From contig CM119268.1 of the NCBI GenBank assembly GCA_051294375.1, forward strand, positions 4,794,278 to 4,858,277: a stretch of 64,000 nucleotides of DNA, given 5' to 3'. Each line of letters starts with the position of its first letter. Positions within the stretch are counted from its first letter, which is position 1. Below, piece by piece: positions 61,646-64,000 of this stretch. The notes below the pieces were generated by a model. The model ran no database searches and was not told where the DNA came from. It saw only the letters and a program-made list of their open reading frames with translations. A program made the translations under genes and the position numbers. Source of the DNA: Paraspadella gotoi (taxonomy: Eukaryota > Animalia > Chaetognatha).

Positions 61646-61832
61646 ATTGTTTCTGTTTCGTGTTTTTTTTGTGTGTGTGTGTGTTTTTTATTCACTCTTT
61701 CTGGCTTTTAGTTTTTCTTTTTAATTAACTGTCAAAAAAATTGAAAGTAAAAACGAAAAACGAATTAAGCGAATATTTTATGTAATCTAGATAAAGATGC
61801 CGAATAAAGATTCACTGGCGCGAATTACATAT

Positions 61833-61908
<76 letters not shown>

Positions 61909-63359
61909 GGGAAAAGAGAGAGGAAAGAGAGAGAGATAGAGAGAGAAATAGAAGAGAGAGAGAAAAATTATGCTATGACAAAAGACAGTAATTTTGACTA
62001 CAACATTCAAATTTAAAAGGCGCACAACAAACCGAAAATCAAAAATAACAAAATAAAAAATAGTCGAACGGTCGGCGAAACATTCAATGCCGATAGCTAA
62101 AACAAATGTTACTGGAATTTTAAGGAATAATATGACGAAATGTTTCTTTTACAAAACACAACATTTTACAGGGTGTTTCAGAATTTTAAAAATCGGTTAA
62201 CTTTTATTTGTCCTTTTTAATATCAAATTCAACGTGCAATTTTGGGACAGATTATTGTCTAAAACGAGTACTAAAACTAAGGCGAGTTATCTCTTTGGTT
62301 TAAATATTGCGAGCTTATGATCCTGAATCCATTTTTTAATTAAAACATTTTAAAAATAAGATCGTCGCAATCGCATAAGAAAAATCTGGATTGACGACAA
62401 ATTTTGATACTAAAAAAAATAAAATTTGAGAAAAGAAAATTAATTTATAAAAGAAAGAAAAATTCTATTTTGCGATTGACAATTAAAAATAATTCCGAGG
62501 AAAATTAAAGTTTCAGTTTCTGAAAAAAAAAATTATTGTCAAAAATTAAACTAATCAGCAGACGCAGCACCTGAGAAAAAAAAAGAAGAAATAAAAACCC
62601 GATGTTGCAATAGCAAAATGATAACATGCACGAATGCGATGCCTAATTTTACGAGTTCAATCCTAATGCAAATTTTTTTTAAATAAAAAAGCAGAGAGAG
62701 AGAGAGAAAAAAAAAAGAAATCAAAAGACAGCCCCTTCAGAGCCAGCTGCAGACTCGTTTTTTCCCCTATGAATCAGTGACTAGGGAAAAGAGAGAGGGA
62801 GAGAGACATATAATTAAAACAAAAAAGAGAGAAAAATATAAAAATAAAAGAGAAAAAATTTGTTTGTTTTGATAAAACGTAAACAAAACATATTTAATAA
62901 CTGTTCTGACTCAATTTTAAGCACATCGATGATGAGAAGCTGTATATAAATTTTCAGCTTCATACACCCAAATTTAATCATAAAAAAGGCGATCGATAAT
63001 TTGGAACGCCGACGACGATGACGACGACGACAACACCACTTATGTGCAAAACCTCAGCAATATCGTCGCAAACGCAAAGCAATTGCGACGATAAAAATAG
63101 TTTTTAAAATATTTCAACTTTGGCATACAACTTTGACGACCTAGATATCAAAAGAACATGGTCTCCCGTCCTCTAAATATCTTTGTCCACATTTTCCCTC
63201 GCCTCTTTAGTGTTTGTCCACATCCCTCTACCCACTTCTCGGAAGTCTAATTCTTTCTTAAATCCTCCATACTCTCTAAACAATATCTTCGTCCACTTCT
63301 CCCTACTCTCTTTAGCCTTTAATCTTCACAATATCTCTGTCCACATCTCCCTACTCTCT

Positions 63360-64000
63360 TTACAGTATCTTGGTCCACATGCTCGCGTCCTCTTGAATGA
63401 CGATTCTCCGATTTTTTGCCAAAAGTCTCCTCATTACGACGCATAGAAGAGAGCAGACGCCGACGAGTTCCGCCACGAAGACGAACTGGAGTAAGTGAAG
63501 TAACAGATTTTATTTTATTAATGTGTTACGTCGTTGAGTGTAATGTCAGACAGACTTACAGAGACACAGTTACAGATTTGGAGATTGAAGGACAAATGTA
63601 CAGACAAACATATAAAATGGAAAACAGAAAGTAAGACAAAAACAGAATCAGATTGTAAAGCAAGATAAATAGGAAGAGAAAGACGGACAAACAGACCGGC
63701 CGACATACAGACCGGCCGACACACAGACCGGCCGACACACAGACCGGCCGCAACCACAGACCGCCCGACACACAGACCGGCCGACACAGTTCGACCATAA
63801 ACCCCCCATTCACACCTTGAACAACGAGTGAACGTCGACGTGAGAGCCACCAATTGTGACGGCTCCGCAGGGTGCGATGCGGCGCTGCTTGACGCCCAGC
63901 ACCGCCGCAGCGCCGGGCGAGTCCGCGCCGGGCAAGTCTCGTCCGTCGACGGGAAAGTCTGTCGGGCAAGTCGTGTACTTGACGTGACGGATGTAGGGCT
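63360..64000 (-). CDS. Last two exons of an unidentified protein with a C-terminal TM helix (gene starts beyond the window)
   Basis: Exons >64000-63816 (PYIRHVKYTTCPTDFPVDG...VHSLFK) and 63485-63360 (FVFVAELVGVCSLLCVVMRRLLAKNRR...TKIL*), phase 0 GT-AG junction. Confidence 0.62.
63690..63790. repeat. 16-bp minisatellite (acagaccggccgacac), ~6 copies
   Basis: Directly visible and intronic. Confidence 0.9.

Noticed and set aside
60842-61711. 289-aa plus-strand ORF
   Set aside because: Antisense to the GC-rich PPT1 exons 1-2.

Overview
Eukaryotic, AT-rich invertebrate-type genomic DNA with GT-AG introns, many (AG)n tracts, an interstitial (TTAGG)n run and two N gaps. I reconstructed exon chains by hand from splice sites and phases. 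On the minus strand: two tandem intron-containing arylamine N-acetyltransferase (NAT) paralogues; a 270-aa protein with an N-myristoylation motif and a C-terminal RHIM-like motif; three tandem paralogous signal peptide/coiled-coil/TM/disordered-tail genes; a C2H2 zinc-finger gene; palmitoyl-protein thioesterase 1; and the 3' end of an unknown membrane-protein gene. On the plus strand: a class B GPCR of the CRF/DH44-receptor type. Mobile DNA includes a miniature LTR retroelement whose 234-bp LTRs carry a tRNA-like sequence (full copy plus solo LTR), hAT and Tc1/mariner MITEs, Helentron/DINE-1-like elements, a palindrome carrying two Penelope-type hammerhead ribozyme motifs, and several minisatellites. 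The best candidates for new biology are the RHIM adaptor next to the coiled-coil receptor cluster, the tRNA-LTR TRIM, and the double-hammerhead palindrome. All family assignments come from motif recognition by eye; no database searches were run.
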